A DNA stretch of 64,000 nucleotides from Solirubrobacteraceae bacterium (GCA_036497165.1 DASXJW010000038.1:888-64887); one strand, 5' to 3'; shown: positions 37,832-47,758, counted from the first letter of the stretch. Numbers and translations are program-made. The notes: generated from the sequence alone by a model not told the origin.

Positions 37832-39025
37832 GTGTCAGTGAGGACGAGCGCCGGGCGCATGCGTGCCCCGGCGAGCGCCGCAGCGCCACGCCGGGCCCCG
37901 CGCCGGCGCCGGGTCCGTCCGCGCCGTGTGCGCCGCGTCATTGCCCTGGCCGCGGTGTTCTCGCTGCTGCCGGCCGTCCTGTCCTACCTGCTGATGCTGC
38001 TGCAACCGTCCGATACCGGCCTGGGCATCCGCAGCGTCGAGTGGTTGCGCGACCACGGGGCCCGCGGGCTGGTCAATCAGGTCGAGTCCGCCTACTACTC
38101 ACTCAACGCTCCGTCCACTGGGGGACCCGCTCTGCGGGCGTTGCCTCACCAGGGCGATGCGGCTCCCCCCGACCTCACGGCGCCACGGGCGCCGTCCTCG
38201 ACCGCCTACCGCCCGCCGCGGATCACGCCGGTCATCAGCCCTGCCCTGGCCGGCGAGGGCGCCTGGCGCCCGACGTTCGCGGGCACCGCGCCGCGCCCGC
38301 CCGTGCTGGTGACGACCTTCCGCCCGGATCCCAACTACCCGCAGATGGTGGCCGGGGTGGCCTGGATCGACAGCTCCGGGACGAGTACCTGGCTCTACCC
38401 GGGCCGGTCGGAGCCGGCGGTGGCGATGGCCTCGCGCGGTCCGATGGAGGTTCCCCCGAGCCGTCGCGGCCGGCTGGTGGCGACGTTCAACAGCGCGTTC
38501 AAGCTCAGCGACTCGGGTGGAGGCTTTGCCAGCGGCGGGCGCACCTATGCCGCGATGCACGACGGCCTGGCCACCATCGTGCGCTACCGCGACGGGCGCA
38601 TCGACATCCGGGCGTGGACCGGCGGCCCCTCCGTCGGGTCAAACGTCGTCTACGCGCGCCAGAATCTGCCGCTGATCGTCAACGGCGGCCGTCTGAGCCC
38701 GAACCTCAGCGATGGGCCAGAGTGGGGCGCCACCCTGGGCAATGCCGTGCGGGTGTGGCGCTCCGGGGTGGGCATCGACGCGCACGGCAACCTCATCTAC
38801 GCCGCCGCCCCCATCCAGACCGTCGGCTCGCTGGCGCAGATCCTGCGCCACGCCGGCGCGGTCCGGGCCATGGAGCTGGATATCAACACCTATTGGCCGA
38901 GCTTCATCACCTATCGCCGGCCCGGCGCCGGCGGTGCGGCCAACCTGTTGCCGAACATGGACCGCTCGCCCCTGCGCTACCTCACGCCCGACGACCGGGA
39001 CTTCTTCGCCGTCTATCTGCGGTGA
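37832..39025 (+). CDS. phosphodiester glycosidase (NAGPA-like) family membrane-anchored protein
   Basis: Arg-rich N-terminus plus TM; FNSAFK, RQNL, WRSGVG, AMELDIN, RDFF. Confidence 0.8.
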   Translation: MSVRTSAGRMRAPASAAAPRRAPRRRRVRPRRVRRVIALAAVFSLLPAVLSYLLMLLQPSDTGLGIRSVEWLRDHGARGLVNQVESAYYSLNAPSTGGPALRALPHQGDAAPPDLTAPRAPSSTAYRPPRITPVISPALAGEGAWRPTFAGTAPRPPVLVTTFRPDPNYPQMVAGVAWIDSSGTSTWLYPGRSEPAVAMASRGPMEVPPSRRGRLVATFNSAFKLSDSGGGFASGGRTYAAMHDGLATIVRYRDGRIDIRAWTGGPSVGSNVVYARQNLPLIVNGGRLSPNLSDGPEWGATLGNAVRVWRSGVGIDAHGNLIYAAAPIQTVGSLAQILRHAGAVRAMELDINTYWPSFITYRRPGAGGAANLLPNMDRSPLRYLTPDDRDFFAVYLR

Positions 39026-39065
39026 GGCGCGCGGCCGCCGCCACACTCGTGGCCGCTGCCCCCGG

Positions 39066-39722
39066 TCAGCGCAGGACGGCGGTCCCCCGCACCGTGAACC
39101 CACCCGGGGCGGGGGTGGCGCTCACGCCCGTCACGCGTACGCGAGGATCGGAGAAGACGGTGACGGTGGCCAGCCCGCCGAAGGGCACATCGGGGGTCAC
39201 CACCAGCTTTCCGTTCTGCGCGCTGACGGTGGCATCGACGGTGGCGCTGAGGCCGAACAGGGTGGCGGTGCCGCGCAGGACGAGCTGGTCCGCCGTCGAG
39301 GCCACCGGGGTCACCGAGTTGAGGATGGGCAGCGCCGTGCGCAGGTCGGCCTGGGTCACGGTGGCGGCGCCGGTGAGACCGTCGCCGTGCTTTGTGAGGC
39401 TGGCGTCGTGAAGGGTGAGCAGGCCGTCCTGGAACACCTGCGCCGACGCGCGCAGCGTTCCGACGCCCCCAGCCTGGGCCAGGGTGCTCGGCAGCTGCGA
39501 GGGTGTCGCGCGGTAGGTCGCCATCCGCACCACGACCGTGTCGGCGTGATGCCAGAGCAGCGTGACCGCGGGAACGGCGTGGACCTGGACCTGCAGCACC
39601 CGGCCCGAGCGCGACAGGCGGTCGCGCAGGCGCTGGGCGGCGATCCCGGGCAGCAGGAGCTGAGCGATGGCGAGCAGCGCCACGACCAGCGCGACCACCC
39701 CGAGAGCCCCTAGACGGCGCAA
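39066..39722 (-). CDS. LmeA/DUF2993-like protein
   Basis: N-terminal TM then beta-rich body (QVHAVPAVTLL, ATVTQADL). Confidence 0.65.
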   Translation of the reverse strand: MRRLGALGVVALVVALLAIAQLLLPGIAAQRLRDRLSRSGRVLQVQVHAVPAVTLLWHHADTVVVRMATYRATPSQLPSTLAQAGGVGTLRASAQVFQDGLLTLHDASLTKHGDGLTGAATVTQADLRTALPILNSVTPVASTADQLVLRGTATLFGLSATVDATVSAQNGKLVVTPDVPFGGLATVTVFSDPRVRVTGVSATPAPGGFTVRGTAVLR

Positions 39723-39737
39723 CCGATCACGGCCTCG

Positions 39738-39789
39738 GCGCGGTCATGCCAGTAGGGGCGCGGTCACGCCAGTAGGGGCGCGGTCACGC
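39738..39789. repeat. 20-bp tandem repeat, ~2.6 copies
   Basis: gcgcggtcaYgccagtaggg at 39738 and 39758; partial copy at 39778 overlapping the TetR stop. Confidence 0.85.
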
Positions 39790-40401
39790 AAGCAGGGCGC
39801 GGGCCGCGGCCACGGCTTGGTCCATCAACGGCCGCGTGTCCAGGTCCGGCTCGGCCATGCGGCGGATGGTGACGCCGTCGGCCAGCGCGAACAGGAAGGT
39901 GGCCACGTCATCGGGGGAGGCGCGCAGCTCAAACGTGCCCGCCTTGCTGCCGGCGCGCAGCGCATCGGCCAGCCGCGTGCGGGTCCGCCGGGCCAGCTCG
40001 GCCAGCTCGGCCGCGATCTCTGGATTGCGCTGCCCCAGGGTCAGCAGCTCATAGAAGGTCACCATCGCCCGGGTCCCCTCCCCCAGGATCTCCTCGAGGC
40101 TGCGGACGAGCGCGTCGATCAGCTCGTCGGCGCCCGCGGCGCTCGCCACGGCCTGATCCAGAGACTGCCCGCGCACCTCTGACTCGCGTCGGACGACCTC
40201 GACCAGGAGTCGTTCCTTGCTGCCGAAGTAGTAGTGCAGCAGCCCGCGCGAGACGCCCGCCTCGCGAGCGACACGGTCAAAGGTGGATCCGGCGATGCCC
40301 CGCTGCGCGACGCTGGCCCGCATGGCCTCGACGATCCGGGCCGCCCGGTCAGACGGCAGGTCCGCGGCAAGCGAGCGCTCCGATGCGGTGGCCGCCTCCA
40401 T
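39784..40401 (-). CDS. TetR/AcrR family regulator
   Basis: RIVEA..STFDRVAREAGVSRGLLHYYFGSKERL. Confidence 0.93.
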   Translation of the reverse strand: MEAATASERSLAADLPSDRAARIVEAMRASVAQRGIAGSTFDRVAREAGVSRGLLHYYFGSKERLLVEVVRRESEVRGQSLDQAVASAAGADELIDALVRSLEEILGEGTRAMVTFYELLTLGQRNPEIAAELAELARRTRTRLADALRAGSKAGTFELRASPDDVATFLFALADGVTIRRMAEPDLDTRPLMDQAVAAARALLA

Positions 40402-40454
40402 CCGGGGCCGATTCTAGTGGCCGGCCCAAGCGCACCCGCCGCGCCCCACAAGCA

Positions 40455-40481
40455 GTGAGGGCGCCCGATGGGCGCCCTCAC
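40455..40481 (-). terminator. GC hairpin terminator downstream of hsp20-lon-hypothetical operon
   Basis: GTGAGGGCGCCC-GAT-GGGCGCCCTCAC perfect 12-bp stem. Confidence 0.7.
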
Positions 40482-40508
40482 GCATATGCTGCTATGGACG
40501 TCAGGGGG

Positions 40509-40994
40509 CTACGCCGCGGTGACCGGGCTGGCCGGAGGCGGCGTGGGGGTGCCCGCCGGAGGGGTGTACTGGAACTCCTCCTCGGCGCCGAACAACGTGT
40601 CGAGCACCTTCGAGCGCAGCGACTCCGACAGGGCCAGCGCAGCCCCGGCGCCGACGAGCACGACGAGCAGCTTGCGCCCCAGCCCCCGCTTCTTCTTGGG
40701 CTTGGAGTGCTTGGGCGCGTCATTGAGCGCCATCGCCGCGTCGCGCACCGCCTCCGCTGCCGAGCGCAACTCGTTCTGCAGCTTCTTGTCGTCCAAGATC
40801 GCCTTCTGCGGCGCCTTCGCGTTCGACAGGCGGTTGAAGGCGCTCTTGCCGGAATCGAGCGCCGTCCGGACGTTCTCCCGCAACTCCGCGTCCTCGATGA
40901 GGCGCTGGATGTAGGGGTTGGCCTTGGTGATGTTGGACAGGTCGGCGGCGTTGAAGGGCACCGCTTTCGCGACTTTCTGCTTGCGTGATGCCAT
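40509..40994 (-). CDS. hypothetical helical protein with C-terminal hydrophobic segment
   Basis: GGGAG RBS, typical codon usage, helical N-region, KKKR-preceded hydrophobic stretch. Confidence 0.8.
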   Translation of the reverse strand: MASRKQKVAKAVPFNAADLSNITKANPYIQRLIEDAELRENVRTALDSGKSAFNRLSNAKAPQKAILDDKKLQNELRSAAEAVRDAAMALNDAPKHSKPKKKRGLGRKLLVVLVGAGAALALSESLRSKVLDTLFGAEEEFQYTPPAGTPTPPPASPVTAA

Positions 40995-41026
40995 AAGTCT
41001 CCCTCAGTCCTGGTGCGAGTGATTGG

Positions 41027-43453
41027 TCAGGATACGCGATACCCCCTCTGCGGCCGCCGAGTCAACGCCGTATCCAGGACCTGGTCGATCGTGGAGACGA
41101 AGACGAAGGTCAGGGCCTTGCGAAGGTGCTCGGGGATCTCGTCGATGTCCTGCTGGTTGAGCTCGGGGGCGATGACGGTATGGATCCCCGAGCGCTGCGC
41201 CGCCAGCGCCTTCTCCTTGAGCCCGCCGATCGGCAGGACCAGCCCGGTGAGGGTGACCTCGCCGGTCATGGCCACGTCGGCGCGGGCGGAGCGTCCCGAC
41301 AGCAGCGAGGCCAGGGCCGTGACCATGGTGACGCCGGCGCTGGGGCCGTCCTTGGGGATCGCCCCCGCGGGCACATGGATGTGGATGTCGTGGGTGGCGA
41401 ACCAGTCGGCGGGGAGCTCGGGGAAGAGCTCCGCCGCGTTGGCGCGGACGTAGGATCGCGCGGCCTGGGCGGACTCGCGCATGACGTCGCCCAGCTGGCC
41501 CGTGATCGTCAGCTGCCCGCTCCCCGACATCGCCGTGGCCTCGACGAAGAGGACCTCGCCGCCCACCGGCGTCCACGCCAGGCCCGTCGCCACGCCGGGG
41601 CGAGACGTGCGCCGGCGAGCCTCGGAGAAGAACCGCCGCTTGCCGAGGTACTCGCGGACGCGGGGCTCGGTCACGCTGACCTTGCGCGCGAGTGTGCCCT
41701 CCGCCACCTGCCGGGCGACCTTGCGCGCCACCGAGCCGATCTCCCGCTCCAGCTGTCGCACCCCGGCCTCGCGCGTGTAGTCGGAGATGATCGCGCGCAG
41801 CCCGGCATCGGTGAAGCTGATCCGGCTCCGGGTCAGGCCGTTGCGCTCGATCTGGCGCGGAACGAGGTAGCGCTTGGCGATCTGGAGCTTCTCGTCCTGG
41901 GTGTATCCGGCGAGCTGGATGATCTCCATCCGGTCGCGCAGCGGTCCCGGGATCGTGTCCAGGTTGTTGGCGGTGGTGATGAACATGACCTCGGAGAGGT
42001 CAAAGGGCAGGTCCAGGTAGTAGTCGCGGAAGGTGCTGTTCTGCTCGGGATCGAGCACCTCGAGCATGGCGCTGGAGGGGTCGCCGCGGAAGTCCGAGCC
42101 CATCTTGTCGATCTCGTCGATCATGAACAGCGGATTGTTGGCGCCGGCGTCGCGCAGCGCGCGGATGATGACGCCCGGCATGGCACCGATATAGGTCCGC
42201 CGGTGGCCCCGGATCTCGGCCTCGTCGCGCATCCCGCCGACGCTGATGCGCTCGAAGCGGCGGCCCAGGGCCCGGGCCACCGAGCGCCCCAGCGACGTCT
42301 TGCCCACGCCGGGCGGTCCCACGAAGGTGAGGATCGAGCCGGCCGGCTGCCGACTGCCCCGGCCGTTTGTCATCAGCGAGCGCACGGCGAGGAACTCGAG
42401 GATGCGGTCCTTGACCTGCTCGATGTCGTAGTGGTCGTCGTCGAGGACCTTGCGGGCGTGCGCGAGATCGAGGTTGTCCTCCGTGGAGGTGCCCCACGGC
42501 AAGGAGGCGATCCACTCCAGGTAGGTGCGCACGACGCCGTACTCCGCCATCGCCGGCTGCAGACGCTCCAGGCGGCCCAGCTCGCGCTCGACCTGCTTGG
42601 AGACCTCCTCGGGCAGCGTGAGCGCTTCGAGCTGCTCGCGCAGCTCCCTGGCCTCGGCCTGGGCCTCATCGCCCTCCCCCAGCTCGTCCTGGATCGCCTT
42701 GAGCTGCTGGCGCAGGAAGTAGTCGCGCTGGCCCTTCTGCAGCTCGGACTGCACCTGGGACTGGATCTCGGTGTCGAGCGTGACGACCTCGAGCTCCCGT
42801 GCCAGGATCTCCGACAGCCGCCGCAGCCGCTTGGTGACGTCGAGCTCCTCCAGCAGGGCCTGCTTCTCGGCGGTGGGCAGCCGCAGCGCCCCGGCGATGA
42901 GGTGGCTGAGCATCACCGGGTCGTCGACATTGGCGACCATGACCTGCAGCTCCTCCGGGAGGTAGGGCACCTGGCCGACGATGCTCGAGAAGGTGCGCTG
43001 CACGTTGCGCGCCAGGGCCTCGAGCTGGGCGCTCTCGCGGACCCGATCCGCGGCCTGCTCGACCTCGGCGACGAGGTAGGGCTCGGTCTGGACCCACTCG
43101 GTGATCCGCACGCGTGGGCCGCCCTGAATGAGGACCCGGAGCGTCCCGTCGGGCAGGCGCACCATCCGGGCGATCGAGCCCAGCACCCCGATATCGAACA
43201 GATCGCCGGGTCCGGGCGTCTGCACCTCGGGATCGATGCCGCCCACCAGGACGATCGACCGGTCGCCGCGCAGGACGTCGTTGATCAGCTCCAGGCTGCG
43301 CGGCTGCCCGATGTTGAGCGGGATGACCAGCTCCGGGAACGTCACCGAGTCGCGCAGCGGCAGGACTCCGACGCGCGCGGGCAGACGGCGGAACCCGTTC
43401 TCCGATGTCTCCTCGGCCTGGCCGGCGTCGGCGCCGACGTCGAGGATGGTCAT
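41027..43453 (-). CDS. lon: ATP-dependent protease La
   Basis: LPLRD N-domain, [22 protein letters not shown] catalytic Ser, IGGLKEK; ATGA overlap with hsp20. Confidence 0.97.
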   Translation of the reverse strand: MTILDVGADAGQAEETSENGFRRLPARVGVLPLRDSVTFPELVIPLNIGQPRSLELINDVLRGDRSIVLVGGIDPEVQTPGPGDLFDIGVLGSIARMVRLPDGTLRVLIQGGPRVRITEWVQTEPYLVAEVEQAADRVRESAQLEALARNVQRTFSSIVGQVPYLPEELQVMVANVDDPVMLSHLIAGALRLPTAEKQALLEELDVTKRLRRLSEILARELEVVTLDTEIQSQVQSELQKGQRDYFLRQQLKAIQDELGEGDEAQAEARELREQLEALTLPEEVSKQVERELGRLERLQPAMAEYGVVRTYLEWIASLPWGTSTEDNLDLAHARKVLDDDHYDIEQVKDRILEFLAVRSLMTNGRGSRQPAGSILTFVGPPGVGKTSLGRSVARALGRRFERISVGGMRDEAEIRGHRRTYIGAMPGVIIRALRDAGANNPLFMIDEIDKMGSDFRGDPSSAMLEVLDPEQNSTFRDYYLDLPFDLSEVMFITTANNLDTIPGPLRDRMEIIQLAGYTQDEKLQIAKRYLVPRQIERNGLTRSRISFTDAGLRAIISDYTREAGVRQLEREIGSVARKVARQVAEGTLARKVSVTEPRVREYLGKRRFFSEARRRTSRPGVATGLAWTPVGGEVLFVEATAMSGSGQLTITGQLGDVMRESAQAARSYVRANAAELFPELPADWFATHDIHIHVPAGAIPKDGPSAGVTMVTALASLLSGRSARADVAMTGEVTLTGLVLPIGGLKEKALAAQRSGIHTVIAPELNQQDIDEIPEHLRKALTFVFVSTIDQVLDTALTRRPQRGYRVS

Positions 43454-43899
43454 TGCGATTCCCCGCTCTCGATCGGAACCTCGCGGCGGCTCTCCTGCCG
43501 GCCCACGAGCGGCAGCTCGATGCGCAGCATCCCGTCCTCGTAGCGAGCCGAGATGCGATCGGCGTCGACGTCGGCACCGAGCTCGATCAGGCGGCGAAAC
43601 GATCCGCGCTCGATCTCGATCTGCTGGTAGACGTCGCCGGACGGTGACGCCGGACCGCGGCGCCCCGCCAGAAACAGCTTGCGGCCCTCGATCTGCACCG
43701 CGATCTCGGCGGGATCCATCCCCGCCAGCTCCGCGGTCACGATCGCCCGCGGCGGGTTGGAGGCATAGGCGACGTCGACCGCCGGCCACTGTCCGGTGTG
43801 CCGGCGGGAGAGCCCGCTGCGCTCGAACACGTCACCGACCAGCTCGTCCATCTCTCGCCGCATCCGCTCGAAGTTGGCAAACAGATCCCGCTCGGACAT
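43450..43899 (-). CDS. Hsp20/alpha-crystallin small heat-shock protein
   Basis: PAVDV, AELAG, EIERGSFRR, ARYEDGML.IELP. Confidence 0.92.
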   Translation of the reverse strand: MSERDLFANFERMRREMDELVGDVFERSGLSRRHTGQWPAVDVAYASNPPRAIVTAELAGMDPAEIAVQIEGRKLFLAGRRGPASPSGDVYQQIEIERGSFRRLIELGADVDADRISARYEDGMLRIELPLVGRQESRREVPIESGESQ

Positions 43900-43913
43900 T
43901 CCCCTAAGCGTAA

Positions 43914-44702
43914 TCAGACGGTATAGGTCGCGCCCTCGCGCGCCAAGTCGACCGGTCCGCCATAGCTCTCAGCCGCCTGAGACTTCGTCAGCTCGGGATC
44001 GAGCTCGTCGGAGTAGTGCGTGAGCACCAGGCGGCGAGCGCCGGCGAACCTCCCATGCTCGCCTGCCTCCCGTGCCGTGAGATGGCCACGATGGCCGTCT
44101 CGCTCCGGGCGCGGGAGGGTGGCCTCGATCAACAGCACGTCCGTGTCGCGGGCGAAGTCCACCAGCTCCTCGTTGGGCCGGCAGTCGGCGCCGAACGTGA
44201 ACCGGCCGCGCTCGCACGCCAGTTCGACGGCAAAGGTGGCGACGTAGTGCGGAACCTCGCAGAACCTCACGTTCAGCGTCCCCACCGTCACCGTGTCGCC
44301 GGCATCGTATTCGTGAACGTCGAAGGCAGCGTCGATCAGATCCTCGGTGCCCCAGCAGCTGACCACGCGACGCAGGAGGGCGCCGCCGCCGGCCGGCAGG
44401 TAGAGCCGGGGACGGGCCGGGTTGTCGGTGCCCGGCCAGCCGCCCACCGGTACGGGTTGCTGGCGGGGGGCGTAGCGCAGTGCGTAGCTGAAGGGCACGA
44501 GGTCGAGGAAGTGGTCGGCGTGCATGTGGCTGATGACCACGGCATCGACATCGACGTAGTCGCAGATGCCGCGCAGCTTTGAGAACACCCCATTGCCGCA
44601 GTCCAGCAGCACGGTGCCGCCATCCTGCTGCGCCAGGTACCCGCTGCATGCCCCCGCCGCGTCCTGCCAGGACGGCGACTTGCCCAGCACCGTGACCTGC
44701 AC
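43914..44702 (-). CDS. MBL-fold metallo-hydrolase (RNase Z/AtsA-like)
   Basis: ISHMHADH, LDCG, EAT, GHLT, LTH; AGGAGG RBS. Confidence 0.88.
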   Translation of the reverse strand: MQVTVLGKSPSWQDAAGACSGYLAQQDGGTVLLDCGNGVFSKLRGICDYVDVDAVVISHMHADHFLDLVPFSYALRYAPRQQPVPVGGWPGTDNPARPRLYLPAGGGALLRRVVSCWGTEDLIDAAFDVHEYDAGDTVTVGTLNVRFCEVPHYVATFAVELACERGRFTFGADCRPNEELVDFARDTDVLLIEATLPRPERDGHRGHLTAREAGEHGRFAGARRLVLTHYSDELDPELTKSQAAESYGGPVDLAREGATYTV

Positions 44703-44741
44703 TTCGCTCCTCCTGTTCTCCGGTCTGACACTCTAACCGTC

Positions 44742-46052
44742 GTGGCGGCACTGCACCTGCCAATGCCTTGGCTGCTGGGCGTCGTTTCGCACCGGTTTGA
44801 GGTCTCAGCGCTCATCCTCGGGCTGCTGCTGGCGCTCGGAGCGCTCCTGTCCGGACTGGCGCATCGGACCTTCGTCTCGCTGGCCGCGGTGTTCGTGATC
44901 GTCGGTTTCATCCTCGGCGACGGCGTCACCGGCGTCCTGCACTTCAACCCGCGCTCGCCGTTCGTGTCCGAGCTGGCCACCGTGGCCCTCATCGTGATCC
45001 TGTTTCGCGACGGCCTGGAGGTGGACGGAGAGCTGCTGCAGACCCACTGGCGGCTGCCGTTTCGCAAGCTGGTGCTGGCGATGCCCCTGACCGCGCTCAT
45101 CGTCGCCGCGGGCACCAAGCTGCTCATCGGGCTGAGCTGGACCGAGTCGCTCCTGGTGGGCGCGCTGCTCTCGCCCACCGATCCGGTGCTCACCTCCAGC
45201 GTCGTCACCAATCCACGCGTGCCCGCCGTGGTGCGTCACTCGCTCAACCTGGAGTCCGGCCTCAACGACGGGCTCGCGCTGCCGGCGGTCCTGGCGCTGG
45301 CGGCGGCCCTGACCGTGGGAGACAGTCACTTCGTGTGGTGGCGCTTCGTGCTCGAGAACCTCATCTTCGGATTCGCCGTCGGGCTGGCGGTGGGACTGGC
45401 GGCGGCCTGGCTGGCGCCCCGCGACGTGCGCCTGGAGGAGGGCATCCCTGCCCATCAGCGTTCCCTGTTTGCGCTGGGCACCGCCTTCACCGCCTACGGC
45501 GTGGCGGTGATGACCCCCCAGGGCAACGGCCTCATCGCGGTCTACGTGGGCGCGATCGTGCTGGGCATCCGCCGCCCCGACATACGGCGCTACTTCGAGC
45601 GCCAGGCGGCCGACATCGTCGAGATCGTCAAGCTGGGGATCTTCGTGGTCTTCGGGGCGTTGCTCACCTTCCACGGCCTGTTTGAGTCCGGCTGGGCGGC
45701 CGTGGGCGTGGTCGCGATCACCCTGCTGGTGGCCCGGCCGGTGGCCGTCTTCACCGCCCTGGCGGGAACGCGCACCGACACCGCAACCCGCGCGTTCATG
45801 TCCTGGTTCGGCCCCAAGGGCGTGGCCACGATGACCTTCTCCGTGCTCGTCCTCAGCGAGGGAATCAGCGCCGGGTCGACGATCTTCAATCTGGCGGCAC
45901 TGGCCGTCTTCGTCTCGATCATCGTCCACGGCGTGACCGACACCGGCGGCGCCGAGTGGCTGGCGCGCCGCGAGGAAGCCCGGGTCGCGGCCGAGCGCCG
46001 GGGGGTGGTCAAGCAGTCGGACGAGCCGGGAGAGCTGAACGCGCGTCAGTGA
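44742..46052 (+). CDS. cation:proton antiporter (CPA1/NhaP family)
   Basis: LSPTDPV, NLESGLNDG, RP, WFGPKG; many hydrophobic helices. Confidence 0.9.
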   Translation: MAALHLPMPWLLGVVSHRFEVSALILGLLLALGALLSGLAHRTFVSLAAVFVIVGFILGDGVTGVLHFNPRSPFVSELATVALIVILFRDGLEVDGELLQTHWRLPFRKLVLAMPLTALIVAAGTKLLIGLSWTESLLVGALLSPTDPVLTSSVVTNPRVPAVVRHSLNLESGLNDGLALPAVLALAAALTVGDSHFVWWRFVLENLIFGFAVGLAVGLAAAWLAPRDVRLEEGIPAHQRSLFALGTAFTAYGVAVMTPQGNGLIAVYVGAIVLGIRRPDIRRYFERQAADIVEIVKLGIFVVFGALLTFHGLFESGWAAVGVVAITLLVARPVAVFTALAGTRTDTATRAFMSWFGPKGVATMTFSVLVLSEGISAGSTIFNLAALAVFVSIIVHGVTDTGGAEWLARREEARVAAERRGVVKQSDEPGELNARQ

Positions 46053-46150
46053 CCGTCGCGGTCGCCGTGGCGGGAGGGGTCCATCACCCAGCCCAAGAGG
46101 ATGGCGATCAGCACGAAGGCGATGAATCCGCCGATCAACGGCCAGAACAT
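46046..46150 (-). CDS. 34-aa single-TM small protein
   Basis: MFWPLIGGFIAFVLIAILLGWVMDPSRHGDRDGH; TAAGGT -10 hexamer 7 nt upstream of ATG. Confidence 0.6.
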   Translation of the reverse strand: MFWPLIGGFIAFVLIAILLGWVMDPSRHGDRDGH

Positions 46151-46218
46151 GGCGCGAACCTTATACGAGCAGACGGCGCGCCCGTCCCCGGCGCCCGCGC
46201 ACCTGTCGCACCATGCTC

Positions 46219-46449
46219 TCAGGCGTGCAGCGCCACCTGCTCGTTGGGCGAGGGGAACGCCCAGGCGACCTGGAGGCGGCGCTCCTGCCGGAACACGAAG
46301 CGCAGCTGGCTGGGGGGCCGCAGTCCGTCCGGGTGCGCCGGGCGGAACGTGCCGCACGGGCCCGCATCGGCCACCGCGCACAGAAGATTCTGACCGAAGA
46401 AGCAATTCTCACAGCTCGCCTTTGCGGTGTGCGTCCGACCGTTCGCCAT
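46219..46449 (-). CDS. small four-cysteine hypothetical protein
   Basis: GAGGAG RBS; C-x2-C-x7-C-x7-C. Confidence 0.75.
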   Translation of the reverse strand: MANGRTHTAKASCENCFFGQNLLCAVADAGPCGTFRPAHPDGLRPPSQLRFVFRQERRLQVAWAFPSPNEQVALHA

Positions 46450-46642
46450 ACGTCTCCTCGACCCCGACTCGTCAAATCTCGACTACAAGCAGGCGGGCAT
46501 CAAAGCGGATTTGACCCCCTGGCGCAAAGTCCATTTCCGGAAATCGCAGAGAATTCACGATCCAGGGGAAACCCTGCAAAGTCCGGGGGATTTTCTGTGG
46601 CCGGCCGGACATGGCCGCATTTTCGTAGCTTTGGGGGTAGAG

Positions 46643-47758
46643 ATGTGTGCCGCCGCCGACGACCCCGTCACCCCTCCTTCCACGGAGCCCCCACGGTCGC
46701 TCGCGGACTTCGAGCGCGAGGCGCTGGCGCGCATGAGCCCGGAGGCCCTCGGCTACATCGAGGGCGGGGCGGGCGACGAGGTCACCCTCGCCGACAATCT
46801 CGCCGCCTGGCGGCGCTGGGCGCTCCGCCCCCGGATGCTCGTCGGCTCCAGCAGCTGTGACACCAGCGTCGAGCTGCTGGGGACCCGCCGGGCCCACCCG
46901 GTGGTGATCGCCCCCACCGCCTTTCAGCGTCTCGCCCATCCGGATGGGGAGGTCGCGATCGCCCGGGCCGCCGCGGACACCGGCTCGGTGATGTGCGTAT
47001 CGACCTTCGCCAGCGCCGGCGCCGCGGCCGTGGCCGAGGGGGTCCCCGAGGCCACTCGGTGGTTTCAGCTCTACGCCCTCACCGATCGCGGCGCCACCCG
47101 GGAGCTCATCGCCGACGCCGAGCGGCGCGGTTACGAGGCTCTGGTGGTGACCGTCGACCGCCCGGTGCTGGGCATCCGCGAGCGCGAGCGGCGCATCAAC
47201 CTGCGCGACCCGGTGGCCGACATCCCGCGCCAGGATCCGGCGCAGACCCCGGCGGCGGCCGCGGCCGCGCTGTACGGGCAGATCGACCCCGATCTCCGCT
47301 GGCCCGACATCGCTCGGTTCGCCGGCGACAGCCGGCTGCCGGTTCTGGTCAAGGGCATCCTCACCGCCGAGGACGCCGAGCTGGCCATCGCCCACGGCGC
47401 GGCCGGGCTGGTGGTGTCCAATCACGGCGGGCGCCAACTCGACACGGTGCTGTCGGGAGCGGACGCGCTGGGCCCCATCGCCGATGCGGTGGCGAGCCGG
47501 ATCGCGGTGCTCGTCGACGGCGGCATCCGACGCGGCACCGACATCGTCAAGGCGCTGGCCCTGGGCGCCGATGCGGTGCTCGTGGGGCGACCGCTCACCT
47601 GGGGCCTGGCCCTGGACGGCGCCGACGGCGCCCGGCGCGTCCTCGAGACGCTGCTGGCCGAGTTCGTCAACGCGCTGGCGCTCGTGGGCTGCCCCCGCGC
47701 CGCCGAACTGGATCGCAGCTTCGTCACCCGCGCGCCGTGGGCCGTGGTGCTCCGGTGA
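46643..47758 (+). CDS. FMN-dependent alpha-hydroxy acid oxidase
   Basis: APTA, WFQLY, TVD.P, KGI, SNHGGRQLD, DGGIRRGTD. Confidence 0.93.
   Translation: MCAAADDPVTPPSTEPPRSLADFEREALARMSPEALGYIEGGAGDEVTLADNLAAWRRWALRPRMLVGSSSCDTSVELLGTRRAHPVVIAPTAFQRLAHPDGEVAIARAAADTGSVMCVSTFASAGAAAVAEGVPEATRWFQLYALTDRGATRELIADAERRGYEALVVTVDRPVLGIRERERRINLRDPVADIPRQDPAQTPAAAAAALYGQIDPDLRWPDIARFAGDSRLPVLVKGILTAEDAELAIAHGAAGLVVSNHGGRQLDTVLSGADALGPIADAVASRIAVLVDGGIRRGTDIVKALALGADAVLVGRPLTWGLALDGADGARRVLETLLAEFVNALALVGCPRAAELDRSFVTRAPWAVVLR

Noticed and set aside
41126-43543. 805-aa plus-strand ORF (likewise 53605-55827, 60747-62888, 32497-34542)
   Set aside because: Antisense shadows of lon, sdhA, lysC and the amidase; no motifs; expected in high-GC DNA.
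43900-43915. HspR (HAIR) or CIRCE operator for hsp20-lon
   Set aside because: No matching inverted repeat visible in or near the short intergenic gap.
46460-46550. Fluoride riboswitch upstream of the Cys-rich microprotein
   Set aside because: Only a superficial TGATG...CCTGC likeness; the 5' GGNGATGG-stem consensus is not met.
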